This document shows positions 1 through 12,381 of a stretch of DNA of 64,000 nucleotides, piece after piece (the stretch's first letter is position 1; every line of letters begins with the position of its first letter). The stretch comes from Pristiophorus japonicus. Its lineage: Eukaryota. Made by a program: the position numbers and the translations under genes. The stretch covers positions 124,062,001 through 124,126,000 of the forward strand of contig NC_091977.1 of the NCBI RefSeq assembly GCF_044704955.1, written 5' to 3'. The notes beneath the pieces are model-generated. The model worked only from the letters and a program-made list of their open reading frames with translations. It made no database searches and was not told where the DNA came from.

Positions 1-640
1 TCTGTCAATGGCATGGTTTGAGGCGGACCGCCGCCTGTGCATTGCTGCTCATGGCATTTGTGGGACAACTTTTTCTGCAAAAATGACAATTGGAATGGTT
101 ACTAAATGCCCTTCTGCTTTTGTGGCACACACACATAGCCATCAAAGCACTTATACCATATTGTGCGCATTTAATACAGTCCTCTGTTTAATGGCCCTGG
201 TCGTTGCACATGGTACATGAGGAAGACATCGATGTGCAGAAAAATCTTTTAAGATGTCAAAAAGCAGTCTTAATAATGTGTAATGATCATTCATGGCAAA
301 CAAGGTGCAACACTAAGCCTATCTGCAGCAACATATGTCAGATTTACAATGTAAGTAATCAAGGAGTGCATTAGTAAATATATTATTTACTCTCACCAAC
401 TTGCAATGATCATTCCACCTTTTCCTGCATTGCTGGGGGTCCCTGCGAATGTCATCAACTGAGGAAACCTCCTCAGCAACACAGGTCTAAAATCTCCTTA
501 TAACGGCTGTGGGGGGGGAGGTTAACCGACCCCTCCTATTAAACTCCCCCCCATCTATTATTAATTGCTGTGATCAGTGCTTCATTGGCATCAGAACTAC
601 ATTTCCTGGCCCTCTGCCTACTATAATCACCAAGCTGCAT
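1..640 (-). pseudogene. Harbinger Myb/SANT DNA-binding protein gene, spliced, disrupted
   Basis: Exon1 640-391: MQLGDYSRQRARKCSSDANEALITAINNRW..(frameshift in G run, TAG where W expected)..VAEEVSSVDDIRRDPQQCRKRWNDHCKLVR; GT..AG intron 390-75; exon2 KKLSHKCHEQQCTGGGPPQTMPLT with TGGG motif. Confidence 0.8.
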
Positions 641-674
641 CTTCTCTTGTCTGTGAAAAATTGCAGATTGAGGC

Positions 675-842
675 TGTTATGTATGTAAACCTGTAAATTC
701 CACATTCCACAATCCCTTGGGAGCACCTGTATATAAGGAGTCCTCACAGACTGGAGAGGCACTCTGAGATCTGTAATAAAGGACTATGGTCACACCTTAC
801 TTTGTGCTTGCAGTATCTAGTCTCTTTATTCAAGACATAACA
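675..842 (+). repeat. 5' LTR (about 40 bp internal deletion versus 3' LTR)
   Basis: TGTTATGTATG..CATAACA, TATATAA and AATAAA boxes; matches 7118-7329. Confidence 0.93.
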
Positions 843-844
843 AC

Positions 845-854
845 TGGCGACGAG
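845..854 (+). promoter_or_regulatory. Primer binding site (tRNA-Ser type)
   Basis: TGGCGACGAG 2 nt after LTR, complementary to 3' end of vertebrate tRNA-Ser(GCT); same at 33137. Confidence 0.8.
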
Positions 855-1936
855 ATACAAATGATGAACCCCACCGCAACAATGCAGAGAACCGTGGGCA
901 TCTTGGAGAAATTTTTGGAGGGAGATGATTGGGAAACCTTCATGGAATGACTCAACCAATACTTCGTGGCCAACGAGCTGGAAGGAGAAGCAAATGCTGC
1001 CAAACGAAGGGCGATTCTCCTCACCGTTTGCGGGGCAACAAAGTATGGCCTCATGAAAAATCTGCTTGCTCCAGCGAAACCCACAGCCAAGTCATATGAT
1101 GAGTTGTGCACACTGATCCGGGAGCATCTAAAGCCGAAGAAAAGCGTTCTGATGGCGAAGTATCGGTTCTAAATGTACAAGAGGTCTGAAGGCCAGGAAG
1201 TGGTGAGCTACATCACCGAGCGAAGGCGCCTTGCAGGACATTGCGAATTTGAAGGATACTTGGAGCACATGCTCAGGGGTTTCTTTGTACTTGGCATTGG
1301 CCATGAAGTAATACTTGGTAAACTTTTGACTGTAGAGACCCCAACCATAAGTAAAGCCATAGCGATAGCCCAGGCGTTTATTGCCACCAGTGACAATACC
1401 AAACAAATTTCTCAGCACAAAGGTGCTGCTGCAAGTACTGTGAACAAAGTAACATTGTTTTCGAATCGAAATGTATAGGGCAGGACTTACATGCCTGCAG
1501 CTGCACGTCCGCAGATGACTCAGATTCCACCATCAAGGGTGGTGAATACAAAGCCATTAACACGTTGTTGGCGCTGCGGGATTGATCATCGTTTCCATTC
1601 ATGTCGCTTCAAAGGGTACATTTGCAAGGGCTGTGGAACAATGGGAAACCTCAAACATATGTGCAGACGAGCTGCAAACCCTGCCAATTCTGCAAACCAT
1701 CATGTTGCAGAGGAGGACAGATCCACGGTGGATCATGACGAACCAGAGCCTCAGACCGAGGAGGCAGAGGTATATGGGGTACACACATTTACCACAAAGT
1801 GTCCGCCGATATTGCTGAAGGTTGAATTAAATGGAAACCCGGTGTCCATAGAGCTGGACATGGGCGCAAGCCAGTCCATAATGAGCGAAAAGTCATTCGA
1901 TAAATTGTGGTGTAGCAAGGCCTCAAGACCAATCCT

Positions 1937-2722
1937 AGAAACATAGAAACATAGAAAATAGGTGCAGGAGTAGGCCATTCGGCCCTTCTAGCCTGCACCG
2001 CCATTCAATGAGTTCATGGCTGAACATGTAACTTCAGTACCCCATTCCTGCTTTCTCGCCATACCCCTTGATCCCCCTAGTAGTAAGGACTACATCTAAC
2101 TCCTTTTTGAATATATTTAGTGAATTGGCTTCAACAACTTTTTGTGGTAGAGAATTCCACAGGTTCACCACTCTCTGGGTGAAGAAGTTTCTCCTCATCT
2201 CGGTCCTAAATGGCTTACCCCTTATCCTTAGACTGTGACCCCTGGTTCTGGACTTCCCCAACATTGGGAACATTCTTCCTGCATCTAACCTGTCTGAACC
2301 CATCATAATTTTAAACGTTTCTATGAGGTCTCCTCTCATTCTTCTGAACTCCAGTGAATACAAGCCCAGTTGATCCAGTCTTTCTTGAAAGGTCAGTCCC
2401 GCCACCCCGGGAATCAGTCTGGTGAACCTTCGCTGCACTCCCTCAATAACAAGAATGTCCTTCCTCAAATTAGGAGACCAAAACTGTACACAATACTCCA
2501 GGTGTGGCCTCACCAAGGCCCTGTACAACTGTAGCAACACCTCCCTGCCCCTGTACTCAAATCCCCTCGCTATGAAGGCCAACATGCCATTTGCTTTCTT
2601 AACCGCCTGCTGTACCTGCATGCCAACCTTCAATGACTGATGTACCATGACACCCAGGTCTCGTTGCACCTCCCCTTTTCCATTCAGATAATAGTCTGTC
2701 TCTCTGTTTTTACCACCAAAGT
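1937..2722 (-). mobile_element. CR1 LINE, 5'-truncated, inserted in Gypsy protease region
   Basis: ORF 2034-2669 with RPHLEYCVQFWSP and FFTQRVVNLWN; (TTTCTATG)n tail. Confidence 0.93.
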
Positions 2723-3036
2723 AAAACCATTCATACTAAACTGAGAATGTACACAAAGGAACTGATTCCGGTAATCGGCAGTGCTTCCGTAAAATCTCCT
2801 ACGATGGAGTGGCGTACGAGTTACCACTCTAGGTCATACCGGGCAATGGCCCCATGCTCTTCGGCAGGAGCTGGCTGGGAAAGATACGCTGGAACTGGGA
2901 CGATGCCTGAGCGCTTTCGTCCGTCAACGACACTTCATGTGCCCAGGTCTTAAACAAGTTCCCCTCGCTGTTCGAACCAGGCATCGAGAAGTTCCAAGGA
3001 GCAAAAGTGCAGATCCATTTGATTCCGGGGGCGCGA

Positions 3037-4373
3037 TGTTGGAATCAATCATTAAGGATGAAATAGTAGTGCATTTGGAAAGCAGTGACAGGATCGGTCG
3101 AAGTCAGCATGGATTTATGAAATGGAAATCATGCTTGACGAATCTTCTGGAATTTTTTGAGGATGTAACGAACAGAGTGGACAAGGGAGAACCAGTGGAT
3201 GTGATGTATTTGGACTTTCAGAAGGCTTTTGACAAGGTCCGTACAAAAGATTGGTGCGTAAAGTCAAAACGCATGGTATTGGGGGTAATGTACTGACGTG
3301 GATGGAGAACTGGTTGGCAGATAGGAAGCAGAGAGTCAGGATAAATGGGTAGTGGAGTGCCGCAGGGCTCAGTGCTGGGACCCCAGCTCTTTACAATATA
3401 CATTAACGATTTAGATGAAGGAATTGAGTGTAATATCTCTAAGTTTGCAGATGATACTAAACTGAGTGGCGGTGTGAGCTGTGAGGGGGATGCTAAGAGG
3501 CTGCAGGGTGACTTGAACAGGTTAGGTGAGTGGGCAAATGCATGGCAGATGCAGTATAATGTGGATAAATGTGAGATTATCCATTTTGGTGGCAAAAACA
3601 CGAAGGCAGCATGTTATCTGAATGGCTGCAGATTAGGAAAAGGGGAGGTGCAACAAGACCTAGGTGTCATGGTTCATCAGTCATTGAAGGTTGGCATGCA
3701 GGTACAACAGATGGTGAAGAAGGCAAATGGTATGTTGGCCTTCATAGCTAGGGGATTTGAGTATAGGAGCAGGAAGGTCTTACTGCAGTTGTACAGGGCC
3801 TTAGTGAGGCTTCACCTGGAATATTGTGTTCAGTTTTGGTCTCCTAATCTGAGGAAGGATGTTCTTGCTATTGAGGGAGTGCGGCGAAGGTTTACCAGAC
3901 TAATTCCAGGGATGGCTAGACTGTCATATGAGGAGAGACTGGATCAACTGGGTTTTTATTCACTGGAGTTTAGAAGGATGAGAGGGGATCTCATAGAAAC
4001 GTATAAGATTCTGACGGGACTGGACAGGTTAGATGCGGGAAGAATGTTCCCGATTTTGGGGAGGTCCAGAACCAGGGGATATCGTCTTAGAATAAGGGGA
4101 AGGCCATTTAGGACTGAGATGAGGAGAAACTTCTTCACTCAGAGAGTTGTTAACCTGTGGAATTCCCTGCCGCAGAGAGTTGTTGATGCCAGTTCATTGG
4201 ATATATTCAAGAGGGAGTTAAACATGGCCCTTACGGCTAAGAGGATCAAGGGATATGGAGAGAAAGCAGGAAAGGGGTACTGAGGGAATAATCAGCCATG
4301 ATCTTATTGAAAGGCGGTGCAGGCTCGAAGGGTCGACTGGCCTACTCCTTCACCTATTTTCTATGTTTCTATG
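3037..4373 (+). mobile_element. CR1 LINE, 5'-truncated, inserted in Gypsy pol
   Basis: YLDFQKAFD, GVPQGSVLGP, FADD; octamer tail; Gypsy sequence rejoins across it. Confidence 0.95.
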
Positions 4374-7117
4374 ACCGATCCACCACAAGGCGAGAGCTGT
4401 ACCTTACATGATGAGAGAGAGGGTGGAGATCGAGCTGGACAGGCTGCAACGAGAGGGCATAATTTCGCTGATCGAATTCAATGAGTGGGCCAGTTCGATT
4501 GTTCCAGTCCTCAAGGGAGATGGCACCGTCAGAATCTGTGGTGATTACAAAGTATCTATCAATCGTTTCTCACTGCAGGATCAATACCCGCTACCGAAGA
4601 CAGACGACCTATTTGCGACGCTGGATGGAGGGAAAACCTTCACAAAGCTGGACTTGACCTCGGCCTACATGACGCAGAAGCTGGAGGAATCATCGAAAGG
4701 CCTCACCTGCATCAACACGCACAAAGGTCTCTTCATTTACAACAGATGCCCGTTTGGGATTCAATCGGCCGCGCGATATTCCAGAGGAACATGGAAAACT
4801 TGTTGAAGTCGGTCCCGCGCACTGTGGTCTTCCAGGACGACATCTTGGTTACAGGTCCGGACACCGTCGAGCACCTGCAGAACCTGCAGGAGGTTCTTAG
4901 CCGGCTTAATCATGTGAGGCTCAGGCTAAAACGCTCGAAGTGCATTTTCCTGGCACCTGAAGTGGAGTTCCTGGGGAGAAGAATCGCGGCGGACGGCATC
5001 AGGCCCATCGATTCGAAGACAGAGACAATCAAAAACGCACCAAGACCACAGAACATGACGGAACTGCGGTCGTTTCTAGGACTCCTGAACTATTTTGGTA
5101 ACTTCTTACTGGGTCTTAGAATATTGTTAGAACCCCTGCACTCTTTACTGCATAAAGGAGATGAATGGGTATGGGGTAAAAGCCAAGAAAATGCCTTTGA
5201 GAAAGCTAGGAAACTGTTATGTTCAAACAAATTGCTTGCTTTGTACGATCCATATAAGCGTTTGGTATTGGCATGTGATGCGTCGTCGTACGGGGTCGGG
5301 TGTGTATCGCAACAAGCTAATGAATCGGGGAAATTGCAACCAGTTGCTTATGCATCCAGAAGTTGTCTAAGGCCGAGATGACCTACAGTATGATCGAATA
5401 AGAAGCGTTAGCATGTGTTTACGGGGTAAAGAAAATGCATCAATATCTGTTCGGGCTCAAATTTGAATTGGAAACCGAGCATAAGCTGCTTATATCCCTC
5501 TTTTCTGAAAGCAAGGAGATAAATACGAAAGCATCGGCCCACATCCAGAGATGGGCGCTTACGTTGTCCGCATACAACTACGCCATCCGCCACAAGCCAG
5601 GCACAGAAAACTGTGCCGCTGCTCTCAGCAGGCTGCCATTGCCCACCACAGGTGTAGAGATGGCACAGCCCACAGATTTAGTCATGGTAATAGAAGCATT
5701 CGAGAGTGAGCAATCACCTGTTGCCGCCCAACAGATTAGAACCTGGACGAACCAGGACCCCTTACCGTCCTTAGTAAAAAACTGTGTGCTCCATGGTTTA
5801 GTGTCCCGTTAGAGATGCAGGAAGAAATAAAGCCGTACCATCGGCGCAAAGCTGAAATGTCTATACAGGCTGACTGCCTCCTATTGGGTAATTGGGTAGT
5901 GGTGCCAAAAAAGGGCAGGGACACTTTCATTAGTGATCTCCACAGCACCCACCCAGGTATCGTAATGATGAAAGCAATAGCCAGATCCCACATGTGGTGG
6001 CCTGGTATCGATGCAGACTTAGAGTCCTGTGTGCACAAATGTAACACATGTTCACAGTTAACCAATGCACCCAGGGAGGTGCGACTAAGTTTATGGTCCT
6101 GGCCCTCATAACCATGGTCCAGGGTCCATGTCGAATATGCAGGCCCATTCTTGGGAAAAATATTCTTAGTGGTTGTAGATGCGTACTCCAAATGGATTAC
6201 ATGTGTGATAATGTTGTCAAGTATGTCCACTGCCACCATTGAAAGCCTACGGGCCATGTTTGCCATGCACGGCCTTCCTGATGTCCTTGTAAGTGACAAT
6301 GGGCCGTGCTTTACCAGTGCCGAGTTCAAGGAGTTCATGACCCGCAATGGGATCAAACATGCCACATCTGCCCCGTTTAAACCAGCATCCAATGGTCAGG
6401 CAGAATGAGCAGTTCAAACAATCAAGCAGAGCTTGAAAAGTTTAACGGAAGGCTCACTGCAGACCCGCTTATCCCGAGTCCTGCTCAGTTACCGCACATG
6501 ACCCCACTTGCTCACTGGGGTCCCTCCCGTTGAACTGCTCATGAAAAGGGCACTTAAAACAAGGCTCTCGTTAGTCCATCCTTATCTACACGAACAGGTA
6601 GAGAGCAGGCGGCTTCAACAGAATACATATCATGATCGCGCAAATGTGTCACGTGAAATTGAAATAAATGATCCTGTATTTGTGTTAAACTATGGAAAAG
6701 GTCCCAAGTGGCTTCCTGGCACTGTTCTGGCCAAAGAGGGGAGTAGGGTGTTTGTGGTCAAACTCTCAAATGGACTCACCTGCAGGAAACACTTGGACCA
6801 AACCAAACTCAGATTTATGGACTATCCAGAACAACCCACAATAGACTCCACTTTTTTCAATACACACACAAGTGGCAACCAACCCAGCGGTTGACCACGA
6901 AGCAGAACCCGTCACCCACAGCAGACGAGCAGGACTCACCACCCCGAGCAGCCCAGCAAGGCCTGCTGCGCAGCAGCCCACCGAGGGGGCCAACAAACGA
7001 CTCACCAAAACCAGCATTTGCATCGAGACGATCAACCAGGGAAAGGAAGGCCCCAGATCAACTCACATTGTAAATAGGTACACTATTGACTTTGGAGGGG
7101 GGGGGGGGGGTGAGTTT

Positions 7118-7329
7118 TGTTAAGTATGTAAACCTGTAAATACCATGTCTAACCACCAGAGGGCTTACCCTCTGGAGTCCCAAGGGATCCCACAATCCCT
7201 TGGGAGCACCTGTATATAAGGAGGCCTCAGAGGCTGGAGAGGCACTCTGAGATCTGTAATAAAAGACTACGGTCACACCTTACTTGGAGCTTGCAATACC
7301 TAGTCTGACTCTTTATTCAAGACATAACA
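7118..7329 (+). repeat. 3' LTR
   Basis: Follows poly-G PPT; TG..CA; followed by TSD GAGGC. Confidence 0.93.
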
Positions 7330-7637
7330 GAGGCCTGGGTGACTGTGCATGTGTGGTCACACCCTGACACTTGACCTGAATCGCGGGGGAAAAAAATCGG
7401 GAGAATAAAATCGTTGAAAAAAAAATCGGCAAAGGTCCGTTTTTTTTTCAAATCGCTGAATCCTGTTCCGGCGCACAAATGAAGTCGTGCAAGGCCGGAT
7501 TTTACCGGTATCACTATCGCTGTTCACCATTTGCCGAATGTTGCGGCATCCAGCCATTCCAGTACTAAAAAAAATGAAAAAGCCGCGATTATTATCCAAA
7601 AAACGGTCATAGCACTAATTATGGAATTTCTAGCCCC

Positions 7638-8165
7638 TGGAGTATTGTCGACAGTTTTGTCTCCTTACCTAAGGAAGGATATACTTACTATAGAGGGAGT
7701 GCAACAAAGATTCACCAGACTGATTCCTGGGATGCAGGGATTGTCCTATGAGGAGAAATTGAGTAGACTAGGCATATATTCTCTTGAGTTTAGCAAAATG
7801 AGAGGTGATCTCATTGAAACATACCAAATTCTTACAGGGCTTGACAGGGTAGATGCAGGGAGGATGTTTCCTTTGGCTGAAGAGTCTAGAACCAGGGTCA
7901 CAGTCTCAGAATAAGGGGTCGGCCATTTCGGACTAAGATGAGGAGAAACTTCTTCACTCAGACGGTGGTGAATCTCTGGCATTCACTACCTCAGAGGGCT
8001 TTGGAGGCTCAGTCTTTGAGTATATTCAAAACAGAGATCGATAGATTTTTAGATATTAAGGGAATCAAGGGATATGGGGATAGAGCAGCCATGATGTCAT
8101 TGAATGGTGGAGTAGGCTTGAGGGGCCAAATGGCCTACTCCTGCTCCTAATTCTTATGTTCTTAT
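7638..8165 (+). mobile_element. CR1 LINE 3' part
   Basis: SPYLRKDIL..GDLIETY..FFTQTVVNLW; (TTCTTATG) tail. Confidence 0.9.
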
Positions 8166-10089
8166 ATTTATAGGTAATGGGAAAAATAGGTGGCGCAGTG
8201 ACATCTAGTGGTACAAATATGTAACTATACCGTCACGCAGAATGTTTACATATACAAATCCAATTTGAAGTGATTATATAGATGTTTTCAATGTTAAATG
8301 TGACAAAAACTGATGACTTCAGGAAGTGTACTATTGTGGATGGAAGATACGCTTGTAAACATGATTTTAATTGTAATAGATTATTTCATTGTGATTTAAC
8401 TTGAGTTGAGTCGCTAATCAGAAAGAAACTTACTGAAGACATTTTCTGAACTTCACAGAACTAAATTGAATGAAAAGAATAATATATTTCTTTCATACTG
8501 TAACTTATTAGTCAGTCATGCTGACTAATTGCTGAAGAAAAACAGCTAAAGATCAAAGAATAATTAAGCTCACAGCCTATGTAACATAAAGAAAAGGAAA
8601 GTAGAATAAAATCCATATATACAAATACAGTTAATAAAATCTCTATTGTTAGTGCATGTTTACAAAGACTTAAGATATGTCGGCACTAGAAATTCTCCCT
8701 TCTCTATCAATTTATACATCACTCAACATCAATATTGAAAACTGCAAAACCCATTGAAGTATCAGGGGAAGAATATCACTGATACCTGCCAAGAAAAGAA
8801 CATCTTTTTATAATGGAATCTTTGTGGGTATTATCTTAGTGTAAATACCACTAATTCTGATGTCTCTAGGCAGCACTAAGTAACTAACAAAAGGTTTTGC
8901 TCAATATATAGCATATCAAATGCAATGTTCAGTATGAGATGACCTTTTTTATAATCTTTTTGATCCAAGCACTATTTGTGTACACTCATTTTTTATGTCA
9001 CGGATCAGATGAGGTTGAAAACTTATAAAATATGTTTATTTGTTCTCCTATATTCCAGGGTTTTATTTGCAGTTAGTCAAGACTACAAGGAAGTGACAAC
9101 CAACTATCAACATTTCTACAACAGCCACAGTAGCAACCACAAAGGTGAGAATATGCACAATTACATATCTCCACTCCCATCACTCACCAGAAGCTGAGGT
9201 GAAGAAGATAAACATGTGTACATTCTTCAGCATCCGAAAGTTAAAAAAGTCACATGCACAGGAAGAGGGCAAGTATGGTAGAACATAGGAGCCATGGACT
9301 TCTAAATCAATATGCACATCTATGCTAAGCCAAAAATGGCACCGGCATTCCTGGTTATTTCATGTCCTGTACACTGGGAATGATGACTTCTTCATCTCTA
9401 CCAGCATTTCCTTCTGCTCTTCTATTTTCTTTCAAATGCTGTTACAAAATATCATTCACGTGAGAAATTCTTATGCTTAACCATATGATTAAAGAAGTGC
9501 TGCTCGGCTCAAAATAAGTGTCTCAGAATATTGCCAAAAACTTATCCATTCTTGTTTCTGGAATTGCATACAATCTTAATATTCATGAAATGCCTGCTGG
9601 GGGTATTTAAATTTACTTCAACTGTGACAATACCACATCAAGTACAAAGATATTTCATGAGAAAATTAGTTTATTTAGCTAAATTGTGTTATCTGCCCCA
9701 AATGCACACACATCCAACAATGGCATAAGGGATGCTTTGATTAGGTGCTTTGGCTTAATTCAAGGTGAAAATTATGAACTGATGGTAATTAAATCAAAAT
9801 TTGCATGACCACTAAAACAACTATTCTCTTTTCAATAATTATGAAATAAATTTACTATATACATGATGATTCTGACCTTGATGCTTAAACTTCATTCTGA
9901 TACGATTACAGCCTGTTAACATGTGTACAATAATTTTCTGGTGGAAATTTCAACAGTGCCCTCTATAGGAGATGCTATTAGACATTGGCATTTTCATAAG
10001 CACAAATCTGATCATGTGCAGGTGTTTTCTTCCATTGAGTTTCTTTTCAGTTTATCATTTGCAGAAGCTCCATGCACTAGCAGCTGATG

Positions 10090-10800
10090 CCATCCCTTTC
10101 CCAGATGCGTACTCAAGCTGAATCTGATGTCATGAAACCTTGGTATTCTGCTCTACCCTGAGTTAAGCTTCACATTTCACATTCAGTCTATCACCACACA
10201 CGTCCAAAACAGGTCTCTATTCTTACCTCAACTAACTTAATCTTAAACACTCATCCATTGACACCTTTGATACTTCTATACTTGACATTTCTAACATATT
10301 TTTTGCTATGATCCTGAGATCCACCTTCCATAATCACCAACGCACCCAGAACTCCACACCCACATCCTATCTTATGCAAAGGCCTGGTCAAATATTATCT
10401 CAATCCTTGCCGATTTCCATTAGCTCTCTATTCCTAAGCATATTGGTATCAAACACATTGCCTCATCTTCGAATCCTGCCATAGCCATACCCCCTTACTA
10501 CTTTTGCAATCTCGTTTAGCCTTGTGTCGATACTCACACCCTCTTTCTGTCCTACCACTGATGGAAAATCCTTAATCCATTTTGCCCCCGACCCCATACT
10601 GGAACTCACTCTCTAAACTTCTTCATCTTGCTCACCTCTCCTCACCTCCTAAAGCTTCCTTCCAACCACCTTCTTCAAATAGGTTTTAGAACAACGCCCC
10701 TCACTCCTCCTATTCCCACTCATGTCTGATGCCCAACTGCAGAACTCTCTGGGCTATTTTGCTACATTAAGGCTACTATAGAAATGCAAGTTGTTATTGC
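10090..10800 (+). mobile_element. L2 LINE 3' remnant, old
   Basis: C-rich decayed ORF2 end and L2 tail CTACATTAAGGCTACTATAGAAATGCAAGTTG, similar to 53000-53047. Confidence 0.7.
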
Positions 10801-11105
10801 ATTGTATATAACAATGTGAGTCTGCTGCAGATCAAAGTTAAATCTTTATTCAGTATCTTGCCCAGGGAAATGTTGCTGCCACTTAAACTGTAACTTTCAG
10901 AAAGTTATCTTTGGTAGTTAATCTATAGGAGTCATTTATTTAATCAACTAAAGATGAAAAATTCATGCTTGTGTTTTATTCTTGTCTTTTAATACAGATA
11001 CGAGCAATAAAAATTAGAGATCAGTGGTTTGAGAAGTCCATAACATGGTTATGGCTGTTAATACTACCATTGTTTCCTATTGCTGATGTAGATGTAGAGC
11101 AACAG

Positions 11106-11400
11106 CTATAATTTTACATTTAGGTGGTTAAGCCAGATAATTCCGTCAGGAGTAGCGGAATGTATTGCCATGATGCTTCCATCATATTTGTGAATCAGGC
11201 ATTGAGTCGTTGTATGTTTAATGTTACCACAGTCGCATACTGGAGAGTTTTTCATTCTCAATTTGTGCATCAAGTATCAGTATCTGCCATAGGTTTGTGT
11301 GGATGCCGTTTAGGGTTGTCCAGAAGCTTACAGAAGATCGAAGCCAGGGATCTTCCGTGTCTTTCACAGGATGTATTTTTGTGACTTGTGAGCTTCATTC
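11106..11400 (-). mobile_element. Non-LTR retrotransposon C-terminal remnant (Vingi/I-group-like)
   Basis: Decayed frames read PGFDL..WTTLNGIHT..SPVCDCG..IMAIHSATPDGIIWLNHLNVKL*; clade assignment tentative. Confidence 0.55.
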
Positions 11401-11424
11401 GGCTTTCCAAATATCATTGGGGTT

Positions 11425-11531
11425 ATAGAATCATAGAATCATAGAATGTTTACAGCACAGAAGGAGGCCCTTTGGCCTGTCGAGCCTTTGCTGGCTCTCT
11501 GCAAGAGCACTTCAGCTAGTCCCACTCCCAC
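11425..11531 (-). mobile_element. CR1 3' tail fragment
   Basis: (ATTCTATG)n tail and 3' UTR as at 21537 and 47558. Confidence 0.8.
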
Positions 11532-11543
11532 GGCAGAATGACA

Positions 11544-11870
11544 GGGCCTAAGTTTCCTCCCCCTGTAAAAATGGTGCACCTCCATGAGGTGCGCCGACTT
11601 TCTAGAATAAAAAGGATGCTGAAAAGTTACCTTCTAATTCTTCCCGCTTCTCAGGACGTCTTTGGTCTCGGTGTAGTGCAGCACAAAGGGTGGGGGGGCG
11701 GAGCTAGGTCTCGGCGCTGAAAACAGTGCTGGGACCTCTGCACATGCGCGTTAGAGTGTGCGCACATGTGCAGTAGCTCCTCGCAGCCCTAATCTCTGCA
11801 ATGCTCTGCAGGCCATGTGGGAGGGGCCCGAAGCATGCTGCCCCTAGCCCTGGCTGAATTGGCTCCCCGG
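11544..11870. mobile_element. Harbinger-type non-autonomous element end
   Basis: Starts GGGCCTAAGTTTC, GC-rich subterminal region; partner end not found. Confidence 0.4.
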
Positions 11871-12381
11871 GCATTGAAGATGTGCTTAAATAGTTATCGG
11901 GACTCGGGCTTCCTAGAAACACCCACACTGATTATCGCTGGGATGATCCGATTAACTGGGAGCCCAGAAAGCAATGTCTGCCTGAGATGTCTGGGCAGGA
12001 AATCGCCGGTTTCATTGACAGACTGACTGATGGGAAGTAAGTTGGAGGGAAAGCCCACTCACTTGCTGTGGTCGGGAATTACATAAGCCCATGTTTGGAA
12101 TCAGTCTGTGCTCTGTTCAGAAGATGGGTGCTCCGGCCACGGATGCATTAACAGTGACCAAAGAGCAGTAACAGAGCATAAAACTTGCACACAATTCCTG
12201 TTGACAGACGCAGCTGATACGGACTCATGACTGAAAATCTCAGATGTGGGACCTGCCCGATATTGACAACTCTGAGCTAGACTCAGGATCCACATCTTTG
12301 AACATTCTCTGACAACCACAGATTTCATCAAACTAAGAAGATGACACTTCAAGACCGACCTGCGCAGGTCAGGAGTGCGTT

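Larger units (their letters stand above)
675..7329 (+). mobile_element. Ty3/Gypsy (Mag-like) LTR retrotransposon, full length, decayed, two CR1 inserts
   Basis: LTRs 675-842 and 7118-7329 (TG..CA), 5-bp TSD GAGGC (670-674, 7330-7334), PBS 845, G-rich PPT; gag with two CCHC knuckles, protease LDMGAS, RT FQDD, RNaseH CDASSYG, integrase VSDNG..NGQAE; many stops/frameshifts. Confidence 0.95.
1..7637 (-). mobile_element. PIF/Harbinger DNA transposon (left end outside window), interrupted by Gypsy 675-7329
   Basis: Myb/SANT pseudogene at 1-640; right terminus GAATTTCTAGCCCC ending 7637 (revcomp GGGGCTAGAAATTC, same type as other Harbinger TIRs here); CR1 sequence resumes right after. Confidence 0.7.

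Noticed and set aside
9073-9144. 72-nt AG..GT bounded open segment (SQDYKEVTTNYQHFYNSHSSNHK)
   Set aside because: Short, no recognisable homology, no partner exon on plus strand; expected by chance
11124-11384. Plus-strand 86-aa ORF with acceptor
   Set aside because: Antisense shadow of a LINE remnant
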